Part shown: positions 26,991 through 39,065 of the stretch, one piece after another | How the letters are laid out: the number at the start of each line of letters is the position of its first letter | Numbering within the stretch: the first letter of the stretch is position 1 | NCBI GenBank assembly: GCA_030141605.1 | Contig: JAQGDQ010000421.1 | Location: 1-64,000, forward strand | Length of the DNA: 64,000 bases | Direction: 5' to 3' | Origin: Tubiluchus corallicola | Lineage: Eukaryota; Animalia; Priapulida | The notes under the pieces: model-generated | Database searches by the model: none | Told to the model about the DNA's origin: nothing | The model's input: the letters and a program-made list of their open reading frames with translations, nothing else | Program-made: the position numbers and the translations under genes

Positions 26991-27711
26991 GCAATAAGCA
27001 AGAATTGTTACCACACAAAAGTAATTTTGTTTCCGCAGCTAGTTTTCACTTTTCGCCATTCGTCTGTTAGATGAGCACTACAGCCTGCATTTTGGAAGTG
27101 TGTTGCATGAAGAACAGGTGCTGTACTACCAAGTGCAGAGCTATTCGTTTGTGACATAATACACATGTTCAAGAGCTCATGCGTGAGCACAGAGGTAAAT
27201 TTGAATTTTTTTCTAATAATTATCGGAACTTTTGTTTATCACACTGAATGCTGTGCAATAGAAATGTGCTTCAATATTAGCTCTCACAAACATATGTAAC
27301 ATGCTCTTGGCATGTCTGTCCTATTGAAAATTGTGTTCGTTTGTGACACCATCAATAGCTGGGCTCGCCTGCCGTTAATTAAGTTTTTAACCTATTATCT
27401 AATTATCAGAAAAACGTTGGCATTGTTATATGTGTTAAATCGTATACATTTTACCGTACTTCGAAATGGGGTAGGACACGAAAAATCGTCCTGTTTTGCT
27501 TTAAGCTTTGTAAAATTTTCAGTAAAGGAGAACAACAACAACAAATAAAAAAGCTATTAAATTCAACAAAAGATATAATGAGACGAAAATTATATATTGC
27601 TGATGCAGTTGGTTACAAAATTTTTAAATCATTTTCTAGGACAAAGTGCTAGACAGCTGGGGTAAAGCAATAAAACTGATTAAAGTAACTTGAAACTGAA
27701 TAGATAAATCC

Positions 27712-29432
27712 TGAATTGTTCTACTTTGCACTAACAATTTCCGTAATTACAATTTTTATATTTGACAAAGTACAATTGTTCACTGTGATAAAATTAATCC
27801 TAAACTACGGAATAAAATAACCCAAGTATCTTTTTGACCTAGTTGTATTGAATCCTATCAAACCTAATTTAAAAATAAACAAAATCAATTTAAAATCAAG
27901 CAGAACCTGCAGCGCCAGGTACCCTGTGAAGCTGAACCATTAATTTTCAAGTAGAAGGTTTTGTTAAGTGCTCAGAAACTGATGTGTTGTTATCTGGATG
28001 GTTAAGTGGATAAATCCTGAAATGTTGTCTGGATGGTTCAGTGGTAAAAGCTTTCTATATATGACAGTAATGCCAAAGATGGCTGTTAGCTTGACAGTAG
28101 GCCAAGAGAATTTTAAGAAAGTTACGGCTTTCAAAGCACATCTATGTTACCTTGCTGTGTTTAGCTGCCTTTCAGTTACAGTATAAATCAAATCACAAAT
28201 ATAGATTATTACCAATGTTATAGATTATATAACATAGATTATTACCTATGTTAATAATACAAGAAACAATGACAGCGGTCCAAGTTTTTTAAAAGAGAGA
28301 AAATGGGTGACATTCATCGTGTGGTTTTGCTCAAGCTGATGCATGGGTTAAACCCATGACTTCGTCCTCACGGTTCATCAAGACACTGGTATTCAAAAGA
28401 ACGACATTCAAACACTAAACTGCGTCCACGTGATCAGCTTTCACTAACAGTTAATTTGCGCATAATTATTTGCTGAATGGATGTTCTCCTCATCGAAACA
28501 AGCTTTGTTTTAGCACATGAATTTAAAAAGGAAAAAGAAAATCAGAGGAAAAGGCATTTTTGGAATTTTTAAATTCTCAGTGACAGCTGCCACTGGTCAT
28601 CTGCGCTCTGACGTGTTTAGCAACTGAGTCACCAGCACGCATTATTATTGGCTTGGCATCATCAAACTTGAATAATATTCAAATTTCAATGTGAATTCTT
28701 GGCTTTGACACGGTCCTACAACATTGACAAATTTGATGCTGACAAATTTTGAATGACCGTGTAGACGGCTTATTAGCATTGATTTTTATAAATCAGCAAT
28801 TCTGATTTTTTTTGAAGTTTGTACGTATGTGGATATATCTCTTAACAGTGGGAGCCAAACTTGCTAATTCATTAAACGCTTGTACATAAACCAGGTCATG
28901 CTGTTTAAACTAGCCTCGAAAATTCTTACTAAGCTGACTGTATGTCTGCAAGCACAATGTGCATTTTAGAGAACGCAAACATTCTTTTTTTGGTTATAGT
29001 AAAATGAAAAGAATAATCATTTTGAAACAGTATTATTAGTTAGTTATTGAGGAAGTTGTCGGGGGAAAAAGAAACTATTAATGGATGGCACTTTAAGGTG
29101 TATATGGTGTAAATTTAACATATTGAAAGTTCAACTTATAGCTAGGCCTAGGCAAGAAATTGACAAAGTTTTTTGAACACTTACAGAACCTTCTACTTGA
29201 AAATTAGTGGCTCAACTTCACAGGGTACCTGGCACTGCATGTTCTGCTTGATTTTAAATTGATTTTATTTATTTTTTAATTAGGTTTGATAGGATTCAGT
29301 ACAACTAGTCAAAAAGATACTTGAGTTATTTTATTCATTAGTTTAGGCATTAATTTTATCACAGTGAATCTTTATATTTTGTCAAATATAAAAACTGAAA
29401 TTACGGAGATTGGCTGAGCAAAGTGGAATTAT
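27712..29432. mobile_element. Non-autonomous element with ~270-bp imperfect terminal inverted repeats
   Basis: 27712-27980 is the diverged reverse complement of 29168-29432 (e.g. aaaatcaagcagaac.tgcag.gccaggtaccctgtgaag). Confidence 0.75.
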
Positions 29433-31624
29433 CTATAACAATTATTCTAACATCTTGTTTTACATTTTAAATTTAAATTCAATTTATCAATGCCGATGAT
29501 GACCTATGATGGTTGAAACATCCAGGAAAATTATACGGATGATTTTAAATAAATTCATGATCATGGTTAAATGCTTGACTTTGTTAATTGTTACTAGGAT
29601 AACCTGGGGTAAACGAAAATGAGCAAGCTTTACTCTTTATTACACTTTATATACTTTGATAATGCTTTCACTTGAGAAGTGCAATATATTGGCTTTCTGA
29701 CTACATAAAAAAGAAGCAGCTGGAGCACTAAGTCCAGCATGAATCTTTTCTTAAAATTCTTTGAGCGGTATGACGTCATCAGAGGCCACATACTGTATTC
29801 TAATTAGACACAGATGTTTTTAATAATAGATTTCATGGACAAGCAAGGGATAGGAGTGTATAAAAAGAAGGAAGAGGGAGAGGAAAAGAAAAAGAGACAA
29901 GGAGAAACAAGGGGAGAGAGAGAAAAGTGAATATGCTTGCTGTTAAAATAATCAAAAACATTGTTAAATTTATCTGTGTATTGCCCAGGTCCATGTAGAC
30001 CTAACATAAAATATCAAAATTAAGCTCATTAATGACAACAGGAAAAGGTTTTGTCATCGTTCGACCGTTTTGTGACAAATGCTCACTCTTTCCTGTTCCT
30101 GGTCGACCTTACCACCTAAGGTTGACCTTTCCCAGTTACCCTAGGTTGACCAAAATGGTCTACTAGGCATGTGATGGCCGGTTGACCTACTTAGGGATGA
30201 TGCAAAAGATCAGCAAAAAATATAAAAAGGTTGGCCTTTCCCTATTACTTAAGGTTGAACCAAAATGTCTATCGGACTTGCATTGGCTGGTCGGCCTATT
30301 TAGGAGCGACCGAAAAAGATCCAGATTTTCGGGACGATTTTATTGCAATAGTCGACCATTTCCGGTTGTACTTCCTCAAATTAAGTTTTTTAATTAGCGA
30401 TCAATTCATCACATGGTCAATTCACCCCACTTTACTCTTTTTTTACTCTGTATAATTACTGGCTCACAGCAGGTCTACTAAAATTATAATAACACGCTAT
30501 ACTAAATTAGAACATACAAGAATACTAAACTGAACTAAACTAAAAAATAAACAAAAATTTTACATCAAATTCTATCTATTTAATACACTAGTGATAGTAT
30601 ATTGTATATTTTAATATTAGTAATAGTCTAATTACTCAGCACAAAGTTGAGTTATATAACATATATATAGATATATATATATATATCTATATAGTATATA
30701 TATATTACACATAGTGTGTATATGGTGCATATACACAGAACAGTATGGTCAGGAGTCAGATGTTCACTACTGCTAATCATAAGTGCTTACCATAATAGTT
30801 AGCACATTGTGAGATTTGTTGTGTAACAAAACAGTTATATGCAAATAAATTGTAAACGATTCTTTGTGCTCTTCGTGGATAGATATTTACAAAAACGTGC
30901 TCTGCTTCCAAACATACCTCAAACGTCTATTAATATAGGATACCTCTTGTGCACAAATATTTGTGTAACGCATTTTCAAACCATAGATCGTTTGCAATCT
31001 TATAACTTCCAACCAGGTATTCTTACCAAAAAGGTACATTTTCTCTATCCAAGTCAATTTTACAGTAGTTGACAAGCATATGAAAACCGCCACATTAGCC
31101 GTTCAGAACTGGAGATGGTAGTGTTATAAAACATAATAAGTAGTGAGTTATCAACATTAAGATTTTTAATTTTTCGAACAAAGTACAGTTTTCTTATTAG
31201 CCTTGCTGACTACATGAGAGACATGTGAAAAGTGAATATCTTTATCTTATCGATAAAACATCCAAGGGACTTGTAATCATCAACTATTTCTACCTCAGAA
31301 ATAACGTGTGTAATATACACTAGTACTCACTCCTCTCATTAAAATTACGTCTACACCACAAAAACTCATTAATAATTTGTACTTTAAACTTACTGTTTGG
31401 CTTTGCAAAAAAAGAAATGCAAGACTAGGTCGAAACCTTATGAAACTCCTAACAATCGGAAATTTTGCATTCAATGCAAGTTTTTTATTCATCTCAGACT
31501 GTCAGCGTCCTAGAATTCGCAACGACGCAAGCTGGTTACTTTATTTTAAACCCTTGATAATCACATTAGTTTACATTTCTGTTATAACTATTGAATGTTA
31601 CTATAAATTATATAATTGATATTA

Positions 31625-31745
31625 TGAAAGGAGATATCATCAGCTGGATTGGAGATTGGTTGTTTGTAAGAAAACAATGTGTCGTATTTGATGGTGTAGA
31701 AAGTGTGAAAGGTTGGTGACAAGTTTTATTCTACAGGGATCGTTA
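31625..31745 (+). mobile_element. CR1-like reverse transcriptase fragment
   Basis: Degenerate GDIISWIGDWL..RKQCVVFDGVES..VTS..LQGS motif. Confidence 0.6.
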
Positions 31746-32399
31746 CTATTAATAACAGAATCACTAACAAGTTTTCAACAATGGTTAAAATGAATAGATA
31801 GATCCAGAATCAAAGAAAGGATAGAGAAAACACTACAAAGTCACCTAGTCTGTTATCCTTTATCGAATATAGATAAAATGATTGTTAGACACTGGTGGGC
31901 ATTGATGTTGTCAGTTTAGTTTAGGAAACATTATTAATTTTTAGAATTATGACATTTGCTATATAATTAAGTAATCCTGAATAAAGAAAATACATGTACT
32001 ATAAATTAGTGAGCAACAGAATAGGGTCAATTTTGCATAAGCTATAAATAGCATTTTGATTTTGAGTGAAAAACAGGTCAAATTTGTTATGTAATAATAA
32101 AAACACATTGAGTTAATAATGCAGTTAATCAACAACGAGAATTAAATACATTTTGATTTTGACAATAATACTACATAAAATAATTTTAAATATGCTGATA
32201 AGACAAACATTTAGCTATATAAGTTTTTCAAACGATTTTATAAAGGAGAGGTAAGACTTGTGCAATCGTCAACAACACCTGAAACTTTACGCATAAAATA
32301 GTACAGCGGTATGACTTTAATAATTGCTCTGTAAAGAAGAAAAGAAAGACAGAGCATTTACTGATACTTATGATAATTTCTGTAACGACGAGTGGATTT

Positions 32400-33920
32400 A
32401 CTAATTTGTAGTGTCATAAGCAACAGCATGCAAGCTATGAATCGGTAGCTCGTTATTCAATAATAAAAAAAATAGTTGAGTATTAGAGTACATTATCTGA
32501 GCCACAGATTCATGCCATGCTGTAGTATTTTTAGTTTTATGAACATTAATGTAGTTAAGATTATGAAGTTAGGTAAAGAAAATAGAATATAGTTGAGCAA
32601 GAGCTTGACATTAATCAGAATAAGTTAATAGCAATTGCTTTTTAAGTTTGCAAGTTCAAGATATAGATACTGTTAGTATCTTTAATATTACCGTTCAAAC
32701 ATTTCCATAATTTAACAGCTTTATATTTGATAGTACTTAATCCATGATTGGTAAAGAATCTGGGCGTAAAATATAGATCACGAGTGACAGATCTAGTTTC
32801 GTAGTTACGGATTTCATATATGGGAGTAAAATAGTTACAGAATAGCTCAGGTAAGTTCTTATTTTCGAAACGATACCTGAACTTGGCCAGCTATAATTGG
32901 CAAATTTCATTAAGCTACAACAGTTTAAGTTTTACATAATAGGATATAGCATGAGCACAATATGGTTAAATGTAATGATTTTCACTGTCTTGTCCTGGGC
33001 TGTAATGAGTGGTTTTAGGACAGATGTCTTGGCTGTACCAAAGCATAGAATACAATACTGGAGATAAGGATATGCGAGTAGTAAAACATTCGTAAGACGA
33101 ATGTGTCTAAGAAATATCGCACTTTAACAAAAAGACCAATGAGCTTATTAAGCTTATACGTAACTGATGTAATTTGAGTTTTCCACGACAACGTATTATC
33201 AATATACAAACATAAGTATTTTATATTATCGGTTGCAATTAATTCATGATCCCATATAAACAGTTTAAAAGTATTATGTGAATCGAAGGCTTGGGTAGAA
33301 ATAAGCATAAGTCAACCTCGGGTATAAGGTACTCGCTTATAAGGGATCACAAGCACTGGTCCCGATTTTTCGTAACGTTTTTTCTGTGTGAAAATCTTTG
33401 TATATAAGGTACTCGGATACAAGGGACTTTCAGTTATAAGAGACGATATCTTCAGGCCCCGCGTAATAGTAACCCAGGCAAATTATCTCGCATATAAGGG
33501 ACCCTATGATCAAAGCGAAATTGATCGATTTATAACCTCAATTTTTAGCAAACTCGGCCTTCGAACAGCTCGGTTTCCGCGGTCACATACATCTCGCATC
33601 GCTGAAGGAGCTTCCTACATACCGTTGGCATTAAATGTGTAGCAATAATGCATAAAAATATGGGTAAAAGTACAGAAAAATACAGGTCTAGATACACCCT
33701 CGGTCTGACTCAAATTCGGCTATAAGGGACATCGTATATAAGGGATGGTTATAAGGGACGGTTTTTTCCGGCCCTGAGGTGTCCCTTATATCAGAGGTTG
33801 ACTGTATATTTTGTTTTTTCATAGTTTATTGTTAACCTTTTAGCCCTCATCCATGTATATATCTTGTCTAGTTCATTGTTAGTTTTCAGCTGCAGCTGAC
33901 TGAGATTAGTACCATGTAAA
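32400..33920 (-). mobile_element. Decayed LINE ORF2 3' part (L2/Crack/Daphne-like), split by a MITE
   Basis: The frame NNELDKIYTWMRAKRLTINYEKTKY (33807-33880) joins MLISTQ...IKYLCLYIDNTLSWKTQI...LRMFYYSHI (33015-33308) once 33310-33804 is removed. The left boundary is approximate. Confidence 0.75.
33310..33804. mobile_element. pogo/Tigger-like (Tc1-mariner superfamily) MITE
   Basis: TIRs (c)AGTCAACCTC.G.TATAAGG / CCTTATATCAGAGGTTGACTG, TA on both sides, and repeated internal TATAAGGGAC motifs. Confidence 0.85.
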
Positions 33921-33981
33921 AGTAGGACGTGGAAATCAGAACAGTATGCCAAATCACTGATGTAAATTAAGAGAAAAACAT

Positions 33982-34260
33982 GTGTCTGTTAAAAAAGCAA
34001 ACAAAATCTTTCGAATGATAAAGAGGCACATCGTTTCTAGAATTAGAGAAATTCTATTGAAATTATACATTGGTTTGGTTAGACCTCATCTAGAATACTG
34101 TGTGCAACTTTGGAATCCCCATTACCAGAAAGTTGTACTGCTTGGAAGGCGTACAAACGCATGCTACAAAACTAATATTCGGTTGCAATAATATGCCATA
34201 TTTAGAAAGATTGAAGTATTGCAGTTTGGCCATGCTTGAATTAAGAAGACACAGCGGAGA
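33982..34260 (+). mobile_element. CR1-type LINE ORF2 C-terminal fragment (frameshifted)
   Basis: KKANKIFRMIKR...LKLYIGLVRPHLEYCVQLWNPHYQK, then in another frame LEGVQTHATKLI...YLERLKYCSLAMLELRRHSGD. Confidence 0.85.
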
Positions 34261-34263
34261 TGT

Positions 34264-34950
34264 GCCCATTGCAAACTTTCCTATTTCCATATTCCTGTAT
34301 TTTTTCCACATTCACATTCGACACGAGTATTTCATGTTTAAGGAGCTGGTAGCATCAAAGAAAGGTTTGTAACACTTCAGGAAAAACACATGCTGTTTAT
34401 TGGCGCATTAGCTAATGGTAAGTACCTGCCCGTTCAAAGCTCATTAGCTATCTAACCACATAGGTTCCTGTCAATTACAAACTTTCCAGTTCCCATATTT
34501 CCGCACTTTTCACAATCAACAACTGCGTAGTCTAAAAAACTGGTGAAGAATAAGGAAACATATATTATTTATCTCCAACTCATATGGGTTACATAACTAA
34601 TGAACTAATATACAATGTGTGTTTTTGTCGATGAGTTACACCAGCTCTTTAAACATGCAATACGTGTGCGAAATGTGAAACATGCGGAAAGGGCAGAATA
34701 TGGAAACGTGAGTTTGTAATGGGCAGATACCTATATCATTAGATAGCTAATGAGCTAATAGCATAACAAACAATGAGCTAATAACATAGCATAATGTGTG
34801 TTTTGCTGAGGGGTGACAAACTCTTCTTTGGCTACATAAACTAGCTCTTTAAACCTGAAGTGCTTGTGCTGAATGTGAGCTAGAAGTTCTTGTTTCGAAT
34901 GTGAACTTAGCGAAAATGCAGGAACGTGGGAATGGGAGTTTCTAATGGGC
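34264..34950. mobile_element. Foldback-like palindromic element with internally repeated arms
   Basis: gcccatt.caaact... at 34264 mirrors ...gagtttctaatgggc at 34950. gctcattagctatctaa (34439) mirrors ttagatagctaatgagc (34739). Confidence 0.65.
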
Positions 34951-36868
34951 AACTTGTCATGCTAACAGGAGGAGTACAAGAGAACAATAATATAATCTTT
35001 GCTGAGGCATCACAATGATAACAGTACGTCCTTTTGCAAGACGTCCTTGTACACTTTAACTATTTCGAATGTTCAATGATTTCAACATCAAGCCAGTTTT
35101 TGGTTTAATGTTGTATAGTAGGTGCATCTGAGACTACTACACTTCTTGAACGGTTTGTTTGAATATCAAACCAACTTTTAGTTCAATATCAAATATCAAA
35201 TCAACTTGAGAATCTGGTTCGATATCGGATATATAATCAAACCAACAAGAGATGGGTTGTCGAGACGGATGATCTAGTTCCGGATAAACCCTGCGCAAAT
35301 AAGGTCCGATTTAACCTGATGTGCAATCTTCATATTCATACGCTTGATCACTGCAAAAGTTGTTCTTTGTCTATCTTTTTAGTATGTGTATTTATTGCGT
35401 ATTCAGTAACAAAATGGCTGTGTTGAGGCACGTGTGGCATAAGTCTTGATGAGATCCACAGACAGTAAACTACAATTAAATCGCAGGCTGAAACATAAAA
35501 GCTAAGCAAAACTGACCTTACTCTGTTAACTATTTTCTGGTAAATCCACAAATTTTGCTAACAAATTCAGCTTTCTATATAAAATGTTAACAGGCTTACG
35601 TAATGTGAAATTTACTTGAAACAAAAGCTAGAACAGAAATGTGTTGAGAATGACAAAACACGAATTGCAAATTTCACAGTCTAAAAGCACTTCCAAATCA
35701 TCAATACTCTCACTTATGTCACTGTGAATTAATTCGCATTGTCGCAAGAGCTCAGCACCAGCTTCACCTCATCTCCACTTACCTCCTTCTTACTACTACT
35801 CTTTTTCATGCACAAGGGAATGACTGGATTCTTGCTAAATCCAGGCCAGGATCTGATATATCTCCGGCAAGCAATTAAGCAATTTTTAATTTAGACGTAA
35901 ACAAAAATCAGTTTTTTCATAAATTTAATAATGAACATCTTTTCGGTATTTTCATCTTTAACAAAAAAGAGAAACGCAGGCATAATGAAACCTGTTGGAA
36001 ATGTTTGACAAACTTTTTGAAATGTTTCCATCAATGTTTGAGTCAATAGTTAATATTTCAACTAAACAAGACAAATTAACTACATTTTCCAAAAAAAAAC
36101 AATTTATTGGCAAGAACCTGGTTGCAGTTTTATCAATAAACATTAATCAATAGTTAAACAACATACATAATGATTTAGTGTTTACAAACTCCTAGTCTGG
36201 TATGCCTTTACAACCTTAACAAAACTGAACAAAGTCTTGATTTTGTCGTTGCTGTCTTCATCATCACAATCACAGGTGCTATAGAGAAAATTCATAAGCA
36301 ATGCTCGTTAATATTAAAATATTACCTACAAGATAAAACCTATTCATTATTTATACATACTTACATTTGTGGACTTAAAATACGTTATTCGCGTCCCTTT
36401 GAATTATGCAAAATATTCTGATCATCAGTGCTTACAAATTGTACAAGAAGCGTGTTTAACCTAGGTTTTGAAGATCATAGACTCCTTTGTATAGGCTAAA
36501 ACCTCTTTGAAGTATTGCTTCAAATTTCAAACAATTTCAATTGCCAAAGCTGTAAACAATAAGTATCTTTTAAGTCTTTTAGAAGAGATTTGTTATGAAA
36601 ATTTTACATCTTTCAAAAATTATTCTCACTTCATGACATTAAAGCTAAATGAATGACATTTAGGTATATTATTTCGCATATAGAACAAAAATGATTTAAA
36701 ATTAACAGACATAACAAACGACTTGCCAGAGGGATGGTAAATTACATCAAGGATAATAGCAAGTGCTTATGCGCATGTCGTAGGTTATCAGATTCCAAGA
36801 GATAAACATAGCAGATATATAAGACGAAATAAATCAAGGAAACTATCACTTCTTGCTATACCGACATA

Positions 36869-37897
36869 TTGTTTCATTATCAAAATAATACATCTGAAAT
36901 GAAAAACTTTTCACTAGAAGCAAATTTTACTGTCTTAAATGGCATTGCTTGTGCAGACCCACCCGGAGCTTCAACATACGTCCTCTTCAGATGCATACAA
37001 ATGCTTTTTACAGCAATTAACAGCGCACTCGACGTATTTGTTGTTGGAGCCATAATCTCTACAAAGACTTTGAAAAGTGCTGGAAACATGCTTTTGGCAA
37101 ATTTGGCTGCTTCACATGCATGTGTGGGAATTGTTAATATATACGTGAACAGTGAAATGCTCATTTACAATGGTGTGTCAAAGGGAACTTGCATGTTAAA
37201 GGTTTTTGGAACATATGGTTTTCTAGTACTGAGCATGTTGACTCACATCTTCATTACTATTGATCGCTACATCGCTATTGTTTATCCTTTACATTACCCG
37301 ATGATCTCTACGGTCAAACGCACTAAAATACTTCTATTTTTGTTGTGGACATATGGCAGCATCATAGGCATCATAGCTAATTCATCCCTGATGACTATGA
37401 CAAAGAAGTATTTTAAAGGATGTGAAGTAATACGCAATGTCTATGCTGAATGGGGTCTTTTTTATACTACACATTACTTTCTCTTGCTTCTAGTGATGAT
37501 AGTCGCATATTCACGCATACTAAACATTGTTTTGCAACACAAACGACGTGTAATGCCCATGAATCACTTGCCAGGAAGTGAGCAAAGTGTCTTCGGCAGG
37601 ACAAAGCAGGTGAAAACAACGTTATCTGTATTTTTGCTGACAAGTGTGACAGCGTTTTCTCTTGGTCCTGTTTTTTTACACTCAGTTCTTTACCATTCAG
37701 GCAAAATAAAAGGAGAATTTGGGGTATTAAAGCAAATGGCCATTATGCTGATCGTGGTTACTGGCTTTTTAAATATTATCATCTATTTCTACAAAGTTAA
37801 AGAGTTGCGTGGAATTCTAGAAAGACTAATATTCAGGAAAAAACGTGGTAACAACCAAGTCACGATAAATGTAGTAACTGCAACTCAGCAGCATTAG
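36869..37897 (+). CDS. Intronless class A (rhodopsin-like) GPCR, orphan; copy 1 (first ATG at 36899, 332 aa)
   Basis: Seven hydrophobic segments, C3.25, IDRYIAIVYPLHY, W4.50, Y5.58, P6.50, NIIIY plus helix 8 (KELR), and N-terminal N-glycosylation sequons. The ORF-track start is TTG. Confidence 0.92.
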   Translation: MFHYQNNTSEMKNFSLEANFTVLNGIACADPPGASTYVLFRCIQMLFTAINSALDVFVVGAIISTKTLKSAGNMLLANLAASHACVGIVNIYVNSEMLIYNGVSKGTCMLKVFGTYGFLVLSMLTHIFITIDRYIAIVYPLHYPMISTVKRTKILLFLLWTYGSIIGIIANSSLMTMTKKYFKGCEVIRNVYAEWGLFYTTHYFLLLLVMIVAYSRILNIVLQHKRRVMPMNHLPGSEQSVFGRTKQVKTTLSVFLLTSVTAFSLGPVFLHSVLYHSGKIKGEFGVLKQMAIMLIVVTGFLNIIIYFYKVKELRGILERLIFRKKRGNNQVTINVVTATQQH

Positions 37898-38822
37898 TTG
37901 AATTTAAAAACTACTATTAACTAATGTATTTGATGCTAACTGCAGACACTCATCAATAAATTTATTAGAGATATAACTACTGTTTTAAGCACATGTATGT
38001 TCAAGGTTTATTAGAAATCATTGCCTAAATGCTAGCGGCAGTAGAAAGAAAAAAATTATCAACAGTTATGTAAAAAAATCTTCTAAGATGACAATTTATC
38101 GATATGGATCTATATGAAATATCTGCCTATGTAAAAGTAGCAGTTAATAAGAATGTAAGAATGCAGTGAGAAGGAACATATTTCTAAAGTACAGTACCAC
38201 AGCTTAGATAATTAATACAAGGTACCATTCTGAATGCAAAATTCCAAAAAAGTCATTAGTGTAAAGTTTCAGACTGTTATACGAAAAAGTGGAATGTGAC
38301 TCTTTACTGCATTTGCGTACTTATGAAGACAGAACAGCAAAAGACATTATTGTAGCTTAGTGAAAAAGTACAATAATAGCAGTGACAGCGAACTGAAAAT
38401 GCACACTGTGTGTTAGACATAATCTGGTTCCACTTCTGCTGCAGCTGCAGGTTAAAGATTGGAACATGTTCGTCTGCCTTTTTTGTCACCGTCATTGTTA
38501 CCATCCAGAGGCACAGCCGCTTTTTGAAAATGTTGGATTTCTCGATACTATGTTAGTGAAATGCACACCATCTGGGTTTTGCAAGAACCTACAAAGTAAG
38601 AGAAGGAACCAGAAATAAAAGGGAAATTATATTAAGAAGGTCTTTCATGTAAGCGTACAAGTGTTACTATTTCGTTGACATTATGTTAAAATCTGCAAAA
38701 ATCTATTTAATTTTAACTAAGTATATAATAAAAATGCTGATCACGTGTTATGCTTATTTACTCAAGTGTGTACAGTATTTCATTTTAACGTCATAATATT
38801 TTAGCAGTTTTAGCTGCATTTA

Positions 38823-39065
38823 CAAGCAGGGTACGGTTGAGTGGATAGGGTGCCAACGCTTCGTGTGTTCACCATTGGTTCTGAAGCACTCATTCTGGCC
38901 GATATCATTCATAAGTTTTGACTGTTTACTTTGTAAGGGGAGGATAAGTATACATCTATACATGGCTGACACCCCTACTGGTTCATAGGCTCATCTCATA
39001 GAGCTAACCTTGATAGTAAATCAAATTCTGGCCATGGCCCAAACATTTCCTTGAGAAGGCTCTAC
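38823..39065 (+). mobile_element. Possible tRNA-derived SINE (copied to ~44616-44858 and ~43290-43533 with the duplication)
   Basis: GC-richer block with an A-box-like cggttgagtggatagg and a degenerate B-box-like ggttctgaagc. Confidence 0.4.

Noticed and set aside
29700-30010. Possible P-element/THAP9 transposase remnant (DKFNNVFDYFNSK)
   Set aside because: A single short motif resemblance; cannot be supported without a profile search.
30040-30480. CRISPR-like repeat-spacer appearance
   Set aside because: The repeats are only about 8 bp and degenerate with irregular spacing, the context is eukaryotic, and there are no cas genes.
31290-31540. Candidate non-coding first exon and promoter of ABCA2 (minus-strand donor GTGAGTA at 31330, CpG-richer patch)
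   Set aside because: Several alternative donors exist (e.g. near 25887), and this cannot be resolved without transcript data.
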